Source: Xanthobacteraceae bacterium
Lineage (GTDB): Bacteria; Pseudomonadota; Alphaproteobacteria; Rhizobiales; Xanthobacteraceae
Assembly (NCBI GenBank): GCA_045811545.1
Contig: JBJMTU010000372.1
Span: 1 to 48,542 of the forward strand
DNA: 48,542 nt
Direction: 5' to 3'
Shown here: one piece after another, positions 17,730 to 26,872 of the stretch
How positions within the stretch are numbered: position 1 is the stretch's first letter
Layout: each line of letters opens with the position of its first letter
The notes under the pieces: generated by a model
Seen by the model: the letters and a program-made list of their open reading frames with translations, nothing else
Told to the model about the DNA's origin: nothing
Databases searched by the model: none
Translations under genes and position numbers: made by a program

Positions 17730-18638
17730 CTAAGCCGCCACATGGGTCTTCGCTCCCTTGGTGGCGGCGAGATACCAGTCGAGAATCTCCGCGCCGTTCC
17801 AGTGCAGCACGCCCGGAAAGCGCCGCGCGTGATCGTAGATCGCTTCCAGGTATTTGATGCGGTGCGGTTGACCGCTGATATACGGATGGATCGCGAGCGC
17901 CATGATCTTGGCGCGGTTCTTTCCCTCGGCGTAGAGGCGGTCGAACTGATCCATCGCGCGCCGGGCCAGATATTCGCTTTCGTGGTGCTGCACGATCATC
18001 ATGCCGATGTCGTTGATCTCGACCGTGTAGGGCAGCGTGACGAGCGGACCGTTGGCGGTGCGGATGACGGTCGGCTCATCATCGTAGACCCAATCGCCGA
18101 TGTATTTCACGCCGGCGCTGACCAGAAGCTCCGGCGTTTCCAGCGTCTGCGTCAGGCCCGGTCCGAGCCATCCGAGCGGGCGCTTGCCGGTAAAGCGTTC
18201 GAGGATGTCCATGGAGCGATTGATCATCGCTGCCTGGTCCTCGACCTTGTGGATGGGCATCTGATCGTAGGCGTGTCCCATGAATTCCCAGCGCAGGCGC
18301 TTCGCTTCCTCGGCAACGCGGACGTAGTCCTCGCAGGTGCGCGCGTTGATGGCGAGGGTTGGCCTCACGCCGAGGCGCTCGTAAAGCTCGAAGAAGCGCC
18401 AGGCGCCGACGCGCATGCCGTATTCATGCCAGCTCCAGTGCGGCACGTCGGGCAGTAGCGGCACGCCGGTCGGCGCAGGAAGAACCTGACGCGGCATCGG
18501 CCGTCCGATGTCCCACACTTCATAGTTGACGATGGTCCAAAACACGAGCCGCGCATCGCCGGGCAGTTTGAGAGGCGGCCGGTCGACGATCGCCGAGAAA
18601 TCGCAACGCTCCCGTGGCAGCATGGGGGTGGTCGTCAT
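17730..18638 (-). CDS. polysaccharide deacetylase family protein (PuuE/allantoinase-like subgroup)
   Basis: ORF 17730..18833. The preferred start is ATG 18638 (MTTTPMLPRE), preceded by AAGGAG 10 nt upstream. The translation is collinear with PuuE-type deacetylase-fold proteins as recalled (EYG.RVG.WR, GH.Y, TG.RP.GW, PYT...ND, hP...G.P.R). Confidence 0.8.
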   Translation of the reverse strand: MTTTPMLPRERCDFSAIVDRPPLKLPGDARLVFWTIVNYEVWDIGRPMPRQVLPAPTGVPLLPDVPHWSWHEYGMRVGAWRFFELYERLGVRPTLAINARTCEDYVRVAEEAKRLRWEFMGHAYDQMPIHKVEDQAAMINRSMDILERFTGKRPLGWLGPGLTQTLETPELLVSAGVKYIGDWVYDDEPTVIRTANGPLVTLPYTVEINDIGMMIVQHHESEYLARRAMDQFDRLYAEGKNRAKIMALAIHPYISGQPHRIKYLEAIYDHARRFPGVLHWNGAEILDWYLAATKGAKTHVAA

Positions 18639-18863
18639 CGGGTGGACGCTCCTTTGTATTCTCGATCCATGATAGGACGCGGCGCCGCCACGATCCACCG
18701 CGTACGGGCTTGCTTTACGGTGCGACATCGCCGCGGTCCGCCGCCGCGCGGGCAACAGGGTATGCTGCGAAGAGCCGTAGGATCGGAAGGGCGAATGAAT
18801 CTGAGCAAGGTGCCGGCCGCCGCGGTAGATCATACATCACGCTGGCCTGACGCATGCGTGCAG

Positions 18864-21227
18864 ATGTCGGCTCGCGCGACCTCGTGGCTTGCCGGCGTCG
18901 GCCGATCGGAGGTCGTTCCGCTCGCGCTCACGATCGCGATCTTCGTGCTCGCCTTCCTGCTGCCGCTCTGGCCGTGGCTTTCCGGCGAGGTGACGATCCC
19001 GTGGGATGCGAAATCGCAATTTTTTCCGCAGGTGCAATTTCTTGCGCGCTCGCTTGCGCGCGGTGAATGGCCGTGGTGGTCGCCGAACGTCTTCGCCGGC
19101 TGGTCGGAGATTTCCGATCCGCAGTCGCTCTTGTTCTCGCCGCTCCATGTGCTGCTGGCCGCCTCCAATGCACCGATCAGTCTGCACGCCTTCGATGCCG
19201 TGACCTTCGCTTATTTGTTCCTCGGTGCCATCGGAATCATTCTGTACTTCCATGACCGCGGCTGGCACGCGGGCGGGGCACTCGTCGCCGCTATGGCCTT
19301 TGCGCTCGGCGGCTCGGCCAGTGCGCGCATTCAGCATACCGGCCAGATCGTCAGCCTCGCATATCTGCCGCTCGCTCTCTGGCTTCTCTCTCGCGCGCTC
19401 GAGCGCTCGTCGTGGCGGGCGGGTCTGGCGGCGGGTGCGGTTTGCGCACTGATGGCGATCGGACGCGATCAGGTCGCGCTGGTGTCGCTCTATGTGCTCG
19501 CGGGATTCGTGCTGGCGCATTGGCTCGCGGGCGAACGGCCGCTGGCCCGCATGCGTGCGAGCATCAAGCCGGTGTTCGTGGTCGCGGTGACCGCCTCGAT
19601 CATCGCCACCGTCCCGATCGTGATGACCACGCTGCTGGCGGCTCGCTCGAACCGTCCCGAGATCAGCTTCGCGTCGGCCGCGGCCGGCTCGATCCACCCC
19701 GTGCATCTCTTGCAATTCGCTTTTGCCGATCTCTTCGGCGCGATGAACCCGGACATCGAATATTGGGCGCCGCAAAGCTCGATCTGGGATGCCGCGTGGG
19801 GATGGCCGGGCCTCTACCTCTCCCAGAACATGGGACTCCTTTACGCCGGTGCGCTGACGTTCCTCGCCCTGGTGTCGTTCGGCCTCATCCGCGGCGTCGC
19901 CTGGGCGCGCGAGATTCGATTCTTTACGATCGCGGCGATACTGGTGCTGCTCTACGCGCTCGGCGCCTATACGCCCGCCTTCCACCTGATCTACGACCTC
20001 CTGCCTGCCGTGGCGCTCTACCGCCGTCCGGCCGATGCCACCTTCGTGCTGGCCGCGCTGGTTGCGGTGATTGCCGGCTATCTCGTCCATCGCTGGCTCA
20101 CCGGCACGGTACCGCCGGCAACGCGCGTGCAGCGCGCCTTCGAGATCGTCTGCCCGATCGTGCTCACCGTCGGCGCCCTGGCGCTCGCCCACTCCGTGGT
20201 CGGCATCGGCCCGGCCGTCGTCCCTGTCATAACCGCGATCGTCTTCACCGCGGCGGCGATTGCAATTCTTCTGCTGGCGCGCCGAATCGAAGCGCGCTGG
20301 CCCGTTGCTGCCGCGGCTCTCATCGCTGCGTTCATGGCGCTCGACCTTGCCTGGAACAATGCGCCGCATGTTTCGACCGCGCTCCCGCCGGATCGATTCC
20401 AGGCGCTGCGCCCGAACACGAACGACGAGACCGTGCGGCTCCTCGAGGCGCGGCTTGCCGATGCCGCGGCGGCTGACCGCCGTGACCGGGTCGAGCTCAT
20501 CGGAATCGAGTATCACTGGCCGAACCTCTCGCTCGCCCAAGGTTTCGATCACGTCTTCGGCCACAATCCGCTGCGGCTGCATTCGTTTCGGGAAGCGACG
20601 CACGTCGGCGACACGGTGGCGATCCCGAGCCAGCGCGTGTTTTCGCCGCTTTATCCATCCTACCGCTCGGCCTTCGCCGACCTGCTCGGCGTCCGCTTCA
20701 TCGCCACCGGCGTGCCGGTGGAAGAGATCGATTCCTCGCTCAAGCCGGGCGATCTCAACTTCATCGCACGTACGAAGGATGCTTACGTGTACGAGAATCC
20801 GCGCGCGCTGCCGCGGGTGATGCTGTTGACCGATTGGCGGCTTGCCGACTTCGACGAGCTTTTGCGCAGCGGCTGGCCTGCGGTCGATCCGCGCCGTACC
20901 GTGCTGCTTACGAAGCCGCCGGGCGGCGTCCCGCTCAGTGCGGAGGCTGCTACTCCCGGCAGCGCGCGCTTGCTGCGCTATGCCAATACCGAAGTGGTGG
21001 TCGCGGTCGAGGCACCTGCCGGCGGCATCCTCCTGCTCAATGACGTCTGGCAGCCTTGGTGGCGCGCGAGCGTCGATGGAGCCGACTCTGAAATCCTCAA
21101 AGCCAATGTGATCTTTCGCGCCGTGGTTTGCCCCCCGGGGCGGCACACCCTCCGCTTCAGTTTCCATCCCTTCGCCGGCGCTTTGGCGGAGATCATGGGG
21201 AAGCTAACGCATAACGCGAAGCCCTAG
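18864..21227 (+). CDS. large polytopic membrane protein (YfhO/GT-C-like) with C-terminal soluble domain
   Basis: ORF 18642..21227. The first ~560 aa contain many hydrophobic segments. The last ~230 aa are hydrophilic (..NPRALPRVMLL..WQPWWRASVDG..TLRFSFHP). Likely starts are ATG 18864 (MSARATSW) or ATG 18795. The product family is a guess from architecture. Confidence 0.65.
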   Translation: MSARATSWLAGVGRSEVVPLALTIAIFVLAFLLPLWPWLSGEVTIPWDAKSQFFPQVQFLARSLARGEWPWWSPNVFAGWSEISDPQSLLFSPLHVLLAASNAPISLHAFDAVTFAYLFLGAIGIILYFHDRGWHAGGALVAAMAFALGGSASARIQHTGQIVSLAYLPLALWLLSRALERSSWRAGLAAGAVCALMAIGRDQVALVSLYVLAGFVLAHWLAGERPLARMRASIKPVFVVAVTASIIATVPIVMTTLLAARSNRPEISFASAAAGSIHPVHLLQFAFADLFGAMNPDIEYWAPQSSIWDAAWGWPGLYLSQNMGLLYAGALTFLALVSFGLIRGVAWAREIRFFTIAAILVLLYALGAYTPAFHLIYDLLPAVALYRRPADATFVLAALVAVIAGYLVHRWLTGTVPPATRVQRAFEIVCPIVLTVGALALAHSVVGIGPAVVPVITAIVFTAAAIAILLLARRIEARWPVAAAALIAAFMALDLAWNNAPHVSTALPPDRFQALRPNTNDETVRLLEARLADAAAADRRDRVELIGIEYHWPNLSLAQGFDHVFGHNPLRLHSFREATHVGDTVAIPSQRVFSPLYPSYRSAFADLLGVRFIATGVPVEEIDSSLKPGDLNFIARTKDAYVYENPRALPRVMLLTDWRLADFDELLRSGWPAVDPRRTVLLTKPPGGVPLSAEAATPGSARLLRYANTEVVVAVEAPAGGILLLNDVWQPWWRASVDGADSEILKANVIFRAVVCPPGRHTLRFSFHPFAGALAEIMGKLTHNAKP

Positions 21228-21230
21228 GGA

Positions 21231-21285
21231 TGGGCATTACGCCGACGTCTCCGCCCTCGACTCGCCGCCCGGGGGCGTAATGCCC
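21231..21285. repeat. 13-bp perfect inverted repeat (terminator/REP-like)
   Basis: TGGGCATTACGCC (21231-21243) pairs with GGCGTAATGCCCA (21273-21285), separated by a 29-nt loop. It begins 4 nt after the stop of the upstream gene. Confidence 0.5.
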
Positions 21286-21450
21286 ACGCGTGCAATCTTA
21301 CGTTTACCGCCTGGGCAAATCGTCAGCGCGACCAGCGCAAGCAATGCGGCGACGATTTTGCCCACCCCACGCCCTGGACCCCGCCTGCGTAGATCGCATA
21401 AAGTCGCAGCCCGCCCGCGCATTTGCGCATTTCGCGACGTGACGATCGCC

Positions 21451-22428
21451 ATGACGATATTGCATCGCGTTTTACCGCTCATCGCCTTGGCGGTGTTATG
21501 GCTCGTCCCTGCGGCACCGTGCACGGCGCAGGATTATCCGTCTCGCACGGTCAAGATGATCGTGCCGTTCGGCGCCGGCGGGCCGACCGACATCTTTACG
21601 CGCTTGCTTGCCGAGGAGCTGCGCAAGTCGCTCAAGGAGTCGTTCGTGATGGAGAACCGGCCGGGCGCCGGAACCATCATCGGCACCGACGCGGCGGCAA
21701 AATCTCCGCCGGACGGCTACACGCTGCTGATGATCTCGGCGACGCAGACGACGACCGAAACGCTGGTCCCCAACAAGCCGTACAAGCTGCTGCGCGATTT
21801 CGTACCGGTCGCGTCCCTGCTCAATTCCGAACTGGTCATGGTCGTGCCTCCATCGGTGCCGGTGAACACGGTCAAGGAGTTCATCGCGCTCGCCAAGTCG
21901 AAACCCGGCGCGCTCAATTATGCCTCCTCCGGCGTCGGCTCGAACTATCACATGGCGGGCGAGCTGTTTAAGAACCTCACCGGCACCGATATCCTGCACG
22001 TGCCCTACAAGGGCAGTTCGGGCGCGCGTAACGACATCATCAGCGGCCAGATCGAGATGATGTTCGACTCGCTGCCCAGCATGGCTCCAATCATTCAGGC
22101 CGGGCGGGTCAAAGCGCTCGGGACGACTGGCAAGGTGCGCTCCGCCATCCTGCCAGACGTGCCGACGCTGTCGGAGGCGGGGGTGCCCGGCTACGAGGCG
22201 ACGATTTGGATCGGCCTCATGGTGCCCACGGGAACCCCGCAGCCGATCGTCACCTTGCTCAGCACCGAGATCAACAAGATCCTCGCGCGCCCCGACGTGA
22301 GGGAGGCGTGGGAGAAACAGGGCGCAACTCCGATGATCATGAAGCCCGAGGAATTCGGAGTTTACGTGCAGTCCGAGATCGACAAGTGGGCAAAAGTCAT
22401 CAAAGCCAATAACATAAAGCCTGAATGA
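21451..22428 (+). CDS. Bug-family (TctC-like) tripartite tricarboxylate transporter substrate-binding protein
   Basis: ATG 21451 gives the signal peptide MTILHRVLPLIALAVLWLVPAAPCTAQ. This is followed by the Bug hallmark DYPSRTVKMIVPFGAGGPTD, then NRPGAGG(T)IIG, YASSGVGS and W.G...P.GTP. Length is 325 aa. Confidence 0.9.
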   Translation: MTILHRVLPLIALAVLWLVPAAPCTAQDYPSRTVKMIVPFGAGGPTDIFTRLLAEELRKSLKESFVMENRPGAGTIIGTDAAAKSPPDGYTLLMISATQTTTETLVPNKPYKLLRDFVPVASLLNSELVMVVPPSVPVNTVKEFIALAKSKPGALNYASSGVGSNYHMAGELFKNLTGTDILHVPYKGSSGARNDIISGQIEMMFDSLPSMAPIIQAGRVKALGTTGKVRSAILPDVPTLSEAGVPGYEATIWIGLMVPTGTPQPIVTLLSTEINKILARPDVREAWEKQGATPMIMKPEEFGVYVQSEIDKWAKVIKANNIKPE

Positions 22429-22538
22429 AGCGGGGTTTGGTCTCAGTCTGGGCTTGAGGCCGATGCGGTCCGCTGATCCCACAAACGGAAATCGCTGGTG
22501 TTGGCAAAGACGCCGGTGAGGCCGACGAGGAGTCCACG

Positions 22539-23474
22539 ATGCAAAAGCCCGTTTCACTCGCCGCCGCCATTCGCGGCGAGGAGCACTGGACGAATAAAGG
22601 CAGCGATGTCCGCCTGTTTCTGTGGAACAAGCACGGTGGCGATCCCTCCGGGCCTTCCGGGAGAATCTTGTTCGTGCACGGCTCGTCCATGGCTTCGCAG
22701 CCGACCTTCGACCTGCAAGTGCCTGGGCGCGCCGATTCCTCGGTGATGGATTTCTTCGCCGCGCGCGGTTACGACACATGGTGCGTCGACATGGAGGGTT
22801 ATGGACGCTCCACCAAGACCCGCGACAATAACGCGCCGATCGCCTACGGCGCCGACGACTGCTTCGCGGCCGCGACTTACATCCACAAGCTGCGCGGCCA
22901 GCGCCCATTGCTGGTTTACGGAATTTCGTCGGGCGCCTTGCGCGCGGCCTTGTTCACGCAGCGCCACCCGGACATGGTCGCGCGTCTCGCGCTCGATGCG
23001 ATGGTGTGGACGGGTGAAGGTTCTCCGACGCTTGCCGAGCGCAGCAAACGGCTCCCCGAATTTCGCGCCAAGAATCGGCGCCCGATCGATCGCAAATTCG
23101 TGCGCTCCATTTTCGAGCGCGACCATCCCGGCACCGCCGACGACGTGGTCATCGAGGCGTTTGCCGATGCCATCCTCGCGCTCGACGATTCCGTGCCGAC
23201 CGGTACCTATGTCGACATGTGTGCCAACCTGCCGGTCTGCGATCCGACAAAGATCACGGTGCCGACGCTCATCATGCGCGGCGAGTACGACGGCATCGCG
23301 GGCTTCGCCGATCTCCTGAAGTTCTTCGAGTTGCTGCCCAATCCGGACAAGCACTTCGTAGTGATGCCGGGCATCGCGCATGCCTCCTTCCATCAGAAGA
23401 ACTACGCCATCTGCTACCACATCCTGGAAAGCTTCTTCTCGCAGCCGGAGCCGATCTATCGCGGCGGGCGTTGA
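22539..23474 (+). CDS. alpha/beta-fold hydrolase
   Basis: RBS GAGGAG lies upstream. FVHGSS is an oxyanion-region motif, GISSG is the nucleophile elbow (G-x-S-x-G), and a late GEYDGI (Asp) and GIAHASF (His) are present. Confidence 0.85.
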   Translation: MQKPVSLAAAIRGEEHWTNKGSDVRLFLWNKHGGDPSGPSGRILFVHGSSMASQPTFDLQVPGRADSSVMDFFAARGYDTWCVDMEGYGRSTKTRDNNAPIAYGADDCFAAATYIHKLRGQRPLLVYGISSGALRAALFTQRHPDMVARLALDAMVWTGEGSPTLAERSKRLPEFRAKNRRPIDRKFVRSIFERDHPGTADDVVIEAFADAILALDDSVPTGTYVDMCANLPVCDPTKITVPTLIMRGEYDGIAGFADLLKFFELLPNPDKHFVVMPGIAHASFHQKNYAICYHILESFFSQPEPIYRGGR

Positions 23475-23530
23475 CCGGCGCCTCATCGTTTCCATCGTTC
23501 CGCCATCCTGTGGGCGCAGCATCGGCTGCG

Positions 23531-23550
23531 GACGGGACGGGACGGGACGG
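23531..23550. repeat. (GACGG)x4 pentanucleotide tandem repeat
   Basis: Four perfect GACGG units end 9 nt upstream of the ATG at 23560. Confidence 0.7.
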
Positions 23551-23559
23551 GGATCGACC

Positions 23560-24102
23560 ATGAGCTTAGGGCCTGCAAGCGTGCGCTTTGGCGCGCGCCT
23601 TTGCGCAGTTGCGGCGCTGACGCTGCTTTGTGGCTGCATTGGCAACCGTGATCGGCCGACGGCGGAGCCGAGCTTCTATCGCAGCCTCGCGACCAAGGAC
23701 GCGGAGGTCGACGCAACCATGGCGGCCTCCATGATCTCCGGCTATCGCACCAACAATGGGCTCACGCCGGTCACCATCGATCCCGAGCTGATGAAGCTCG
23801 CCGAGGCGCAGGCGCAGGCCATGGCGAGCCGCGACACGCTCAGCCACGACGTCGCGCGCAGCTTCCGTGACCGGCTCAAGGGAGGCGGCTACCGCGCCCG
23901 CACCGCGGCGGAGAACGTCGGCGCCGGCTACCACACGCTCGCACAGGCCTTCTCCGGGTGGCGCGACTCGCCGTCCCACCGCGACAACATGCTGCTCAAG
24001 GGCGCGACCCGCATGGGCATCGCCGCGGCCTATTCGCCAAAATCGAGATACAAGGTGTTCTGGGCATTGATCCTGGCGGAGCCGGATGAACGGCGGAGCT
24101 AG
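23560..24102 (+). CDS. CAP/SCP-domain lipoprotein
   Basis: ATG 23560 gives a signal peptide with the lipobox LLCGC. The CAP-like C-terminal region reads LSHD....AENVGAGY.....FSGWRDSPSHRDNML......GIA. Confidence 0.8.
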   Translation: MSLGPASVRFGARLCAVAALTLLCGCIGNRDRPTAEPSFYRSLATKDAEVDATMAASMISGYRTNNGLTPVTIDPELMKLAEAQAQAMASRDTLSHDVARSFRDRLKGGGYRARTAAENVGAGYHTLAQAFSGWRDSPSHRDNMLLKGATRMGIAAAYSPKSRYKVFWALILAEPDERRS

Positions 24103-24137
24103 GGCGCGCCCGCCTCATCGGGTCGGCACCGCGCGCT

Positions 24138-25058
24138 TTAGGCCGTCAAGTCGAACAGGGTGGCCCCGAACGTCCCGCGCGCTTCGTTGATGAGCGGTGT
24201 GACCGCCGTCGCAAAGGTATCGTGCTCGGCGGCTGTGAGCGCGACGATCTCGCAGCCCTGCGCCTCGATCGCTTTGCGAGCCTCTTTTTCCTCTTGCACG
24301 TGCAGCTCGCGCTGAAACGCGATCGCGTCGGTTATGGCATTTCGCATGGCGCGCTGAACATCAGCGGGCCAGGCATCGAAGGCCGGGCGGTGCAGGAAGA
24401 TCGGCCGCGAGATGTAGAAGTGGTTGCTCAGGGTGTGGAAGCGGTGGAACTTGTGCACGCCGTAGGTCACTGTGTTCGACAGCGGATTCTCCTGCGCGTC
24501 GACGGTGCCCGCGACGATCATCTCGATCGCCTGCGTTAGATCCATGGGCATGGGCACCGCGCCCAGCAATTCGAAGGTGCGTGCCTGCACCTTGCTCGGC
24601 AGGACGCGGATTCGCATCCCCGCGAGGTCCGCCGGCGTGCGCACCTCGCGGACGCGGTTCGAGATGTGCCGAAAGCCGTTCTCGAACCAGCCGAGGACAC
24701 GGAAATTCACGCGCTCCTCGATCTTGCCGGCGAGAACGTCGCCCAGCGCGCCGTCCATCGCTGCACGCGCGGATCGCATATCGGCGAACAGGAACGGCAG
24801 GTCGACGATACCCAGCTCCGGCACTCGATCGGTGAGATAACTCGACGATTGGTAGCCGAGCGTCAGAAGACCATGCTCGACGAGCCACAGAATGTCCTCG
24901 GCGCGATAGCCGAGGTCCATGATGTTCCAAACATACTTGACCTCGATGCGATCGCCGAATTCCGTCAGTAGCCGATCGCCGATGCGCTTGAGCGCACGGC
25001 TGAAGCCAGTGGTTGGAGGACCGTAACCTCCCATGCGGATTCGGATCGGCTCGGGCAT
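24138..25058 (-). CDS. DctP-family (TRAP-type) solute-binding-domain protein lacking a signal peptide
   Basis: The 306-aa protein begins directly at the mature-domain-like IRIRMGGYG. DctP-like landmarks are VPELGIVDLPFLF, LGWFENGFRHISN, DLAGMRIRV, TVDAQENPLSN and H.FH.LSNHFY. Only 25 nt separate it from the upstream MFS stop. No upstream in-frame start is available. Confidence 0.8.
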   Translation of the reverse strand: MPEPIRIRMGGYGPPTTGFSRALKRIGDRLLTEFGDRIEVKYVWNIMDLGYRAEDILWLVEHGLLTLGYQSSSYLTDRVPELGIVDLPFLFADMRSARAAMDGALGDVLAGKIEERVNFRVLGWFENGFRHISNRVREVRTPADLAGMRIRVLPSKVQARTFELLGAVPMPMDLTQAIEMIVAGTVDAQENPLSNTVTYGVHKFHRFHTLSNHFYISRPIFLHRPAFDAWPADVQRAMRNAITDAIAFQRELHVQEEKEARKAIEAQGCEIVALTAAEHDTFATAVTPLINEARGTFGATLFDLTA

Positions 25059-25083
25059 ACGCGTGGTCTCGCTAGGGACTTCG

Positions 25084-26283
25084 TCAGGACGTCGGCTGGC
25101 TCGCCGCGACCGCGATCCCCGATGCGGCTAGACCGACACCGATCGCCAGCAGGATGCCGGCGACGCCGGTGGCGGCGGCGAGCAGGCCGGCAAGTGTGGG
25201 AAACACAATCTGTCCGATGCGGTTGCCTGTCATCCGCAGCGTCAACGCGGTGCCGCAGACTTCAGGCGGCGCGATATACATGACGCCGGAAAGCGTCAGG
25301 GTCGAGGCGATGCCCATGACGAATCCCAAGCAGATAAGAACCGCGTACATTGCCGGCAGCGAGAGCGGCAGGGCCAGGATCAGAAAGCCCGCGGCGCTGC
25401 CGAGCATGCTCATCAAGGTGAGCTGCCTGCGCCCTATGGCAAAGATCAGCCTGGCGTAGAAGGCGCGCGAGACCAGCGAAGCCACCGAGCGCACGGTCAA
25501 CAAGAGCCCGATGTGATCGGAAGCGATGTGGCGTTCCGCGCCGAGTGCCGGAAGATAGATCACCAGCAGATCCAACGCGGTGATGGTCACCACGCTCGAG
25601 ATCATGATGGCGGCAAAGCCGCGCAGGGCGAGCAGTTGTCCGATCGGAATGAACTCGCCGCCGGCGTGGTGCTCGGCCTTGACGGCGGCGGGCCTGATCA
25701 GCACTGAGACGATCACGCTCGCGCCGGCAACGGCAAGCCCGATGGTGAACAGCAGGCCCGTCGGAGGCAGCGCGCTCGCGCCGCCAAGCCAGCCCACCAC
25801 GAAGGGGCCGAGTCCCTGTCCAATCGAGGCGGCCACCATGTAGTAACCGAGCGCGGCTTCCCGGCGGCGCTTGCCTCCGGAGCGCGCCGCCAGCATCTGA
25901 TGGCCGGCCATGCAGAACATGTGGCCGAAGCCCAAGAGCACGGAAAAGCCAAGGAGATGCATCGCCGACCGCGGCCAAGCCCAAAAACCGAGGCAGGCGG
26001 CGAACACGAGCGCCGAGCCCAGCCAGGTCGCCCGCGCATCGTTGCCGCGGTCGATCCAGCGCCCCACCTGCAGGGCCGTGAAGACCGGGATAATGGCAAA
26101 GCCCGTGGCGATGATGCCGAGCCAGATGACGGGAAGGCCGAGTTCGATGGCCCGGTAGGAGGTGGTGATGCGGATGACGAGGATCAGCGTCTGGACCAGC
26201 GTGACGTGAGCTAAGAACGGGATGAGTAGCTGGTAATCGATGTCGCCCTCGCGAGGGACGCGCGCGCTCGGCTCCTCAATCAT
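25084..26283 (-). CDS. MFS transporter
   Basis: The 399-aa protein has ~12 hydrophobic segments and the loop 2-3 motif GRWIDRGNDAR (MFS signature-like G-x-x-x-D-R-x-G-R-R variant). Confidence 0.85.
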   Translation of the reverse strand: MIEEPSARVPREGDIDYQLLIPFLAHVTLVQTLILVIRITTSYRAIELGLPVIWLGIIATGFAIIPVFTALQVGRWIDRGNDARATWLGSALVFAACLGFWAWPRSAMHLLGFSVLLGFGHMFCMAGHQMLAARSGGKRRREAALGYYMVAASIGQGLGPFVVGWLGGASALPPTGLLFTIGLAVAGASVIVSVLIRPAAVKAEHHAGGEFIPIGQLLALRGFAAIMISSVVTITALDLLVIYLPALGAERHIASDHIGLLLTVRSVASLVSRAFYARLIFAIGRRQLTLMSMLGSAAGFLILALPLSLPAMYAVLICLGFVMGIASTLTLSGVMYIAPPEVCGTALTLRMTGNRIGQIVFPTLAGLLAAATGVAGILLAIGVGLAASGIAVAASQPTS

Positions 26284-26872
26284 CGATGCATCGTGTCTCG
26301 TGCTCGAGTCGGCCTGGCCTAAAGTGCCGCTGGCCGGCAGTCTCCTTTACCGGCCTGCGTGCGCGAGGCAAAGTCCTGGCTGCTGCGCTTTTTGCGCGGT
26401 AAGTCGACTTGCAAACCAGTCGAAACGCGGCAAGCATCGTTTACGAAGCCTTAAGACACCGTGCTTTGCGCAACTCGCGGCCGCCAATTGGTCCCGGCGG
26501 GGTCAACTTTTTTCCTTATTTATCAATTCAACTTGTGGCGCTTGGGGATTACTTCCGGGGGTGGGATCACTCGCTTTAGTCTGGCTCGGAAAGTGTGGGC
26601 GTTGACGCCGTTGTCGCCCTGGGGAGGGCTGTGCGCGCGCCGATTCCAGCAAGACGTCTCCGCCCGGAGTGATCGGCAGGGGGAGCTTCGCCTTGGCGGA
26701 ACAGTTCGTCGCGGTGATGCGACATTCGCGTGCCGTTGTACCGGTGCGCCGGACTACCATCAGACCGCCTCCACCGCCGCGTCGGGCAGCGGGCGCATCG
26801 ACGGCGCGCCGACCGGCGATAACGCTGACGTTACGCCGCCGGGTAATCGGGCAGGCGCTGCGTCAGCAGGGC

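Noticed and set aside
18642-18863. Track-derived upstream extensions of several genes (18642-18863, 21280-21450, 23380-23559, 26669-26872, 28015-28086, 31629-31793, 46526-46642, 47783-47851)
   Set aside because: The ORF track uses the most upstream ATG/GTG/TTG. In each case a downstream start gives a canonical N-terminus (signal peptide, lipobox or family-typical start), often with an SD sequence. The extensions cross intergenic or repeat DNA.
18837-21167. 776-aa minus-strand ORF
   Set aside because: It is antisense to the polytopic membrane-protein gene. The plus-strand product has coherent TM segments. The minus-strand product is a charged low-complexity string (RRRGEDDRGYDRDDGRADADHG...).
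21496-22908. 470-aa minus-strand ORF, plus 22554..23645 (363 aa)
   Set aside because: Both are antisense to the Bug binding-protein and alpha/beta hydrolase genes, which both have clear family signatures.
26461-26520. Weak stem (CCGCC...GGCGG) followed by a T-run (GGTCAACTTTTTTCC), considered as a possible intrinsic terminator or sRNA 3' end
   Set aside because: The stem is only 5 bp with a 10-nt loop and the stability is too low. I kept it only as context for the long-leader observation.
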